Source: Rhynchobatus australiae (lineage: Eukaryota). From it: DNA of 64,000 bases. This document shows, one piece after another, positions 63,171 through 64,000 of this stretch (positions within the stretch are counted from its first letter, which is position 1; every line of letters starts with the position of its first letter). A program made the translations under genes and the position numbers. The notes beneath the pieces were generated by a model that had not been told where the DNA came from, did no database searches, and worked only from the letters and a program-made list of their open reading frames with translations. The stretch covers positions 24,588,203 through 24,652,202 of the forward strand of contig JAUZTB010000077.1 of assembly GCA_034780895.1 (NCBI GenBank), in the 5' to 3' direction.

Positions 63171-64000
63171 AAATACACCAGAGGGCAGTGTTGCACTGAC
63201 ATTGAGGATAAAATGTATTACATCAATTATTCTTGCAATATACGGAGCATACAATTTCCTAATGACTTTTAGGTTAATGAAATAATGGAATAAAGAAAAC
63301 ATTCAAATAAAGATCAGATAAAGTATGGTAGGATGAATGGTTTTCTCTGATCATTCAATAGTAATGATACATCATTTATCACTTTTTAGTTAACATTAGC
63401 ATCACTTCATAGCAATGAGATGATTTAACTCCCCCACCACTTTCAAGATCTTTATTTTAAAACGCATGCAATATAGCCTCATTACAAATAACATTTGAGG
63501 TTAAACAATATTTTCTGAAGTAGCACAAAATCATACCTCATTCTAACTTAGGTGCTAGTTAAAAATTAGGTTCAGAAATTTGAAAATAATGAATCTGTTT
63601 TTCAGTGCCATTTCAGTATGTTTATTCTTTTATTAATTCTTAGAAATCTTCAAAAACTGCTCCACCTATAGATAATTATACTGAAGTCTAACAATACTAT
63701 TGGCATATTGGTAAACCATGAGATTTTTACGCAGGCGAGAAGTTGCCAGAAGAACCTGTAATGTTANNNNNNNNNNNNNNNNNNNNNNNNNNNNNNNNNN
63801 NNNNNNNNNNNNNNNNNNNNNNNNNNNNNNNNNNNNNNNNNNNNNNNNNNNNNNNNNNNNNNNNNNNNNNNNNNNNNNNNNNNNNNNNNNNNNNNNNNNN
63901 NNNNNNNNNNNNNNNNNNNNNNNNNNNNNNNNNNNNNNNNNNNNNNNNNNNNNNNNNNNNNNNNNNNNNNNNNNNNNNNNNNNNNNNNNNNNNNNNNNCC

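Overview
Vertebrate genomic DNA, most likely a cartilaginous fish, judged from the shark/ray-type CR1 LINEs, Penelope-like elements and tRNA-derived SINEs. Many N runs fall inside repeats. The window holds a tandem + strand cluster of four atypical dual-specificity phosphatase genes: DUSP13A/MDSP-like (6484-16074, 194 aa), an extra DUSP13-family paralogue I cannot match to a human gene (21153-25512, 223 aa), DUSP13B/TMDP-like (29571-35153, 194 aa) and DUSP29/DUPD1 (40858-49158, 215 aa). Each has three coding exons with the same intron phases (2, then 1), and each has a different catalytic P-loop: [27 protein letters not shown] and HCARGRSRS. The last two exons of KAT6B (- strand) converge on DUSP29. 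A CpG island at about 4.1-5.3 kb is by synteny probably the divergent SAMD8 promoter; it contains a 64-bp minisatellite carrying an array of CRE palindromes. Other points of note are a shared MEF2/TATA promoter motif, decayed Penelope-type minimal hammerhead ribozyme motifs and a candidate intronic polyadenylation site in KAT6B. Gene identities come from my recall of the human proteins and gene order, not from a database search.
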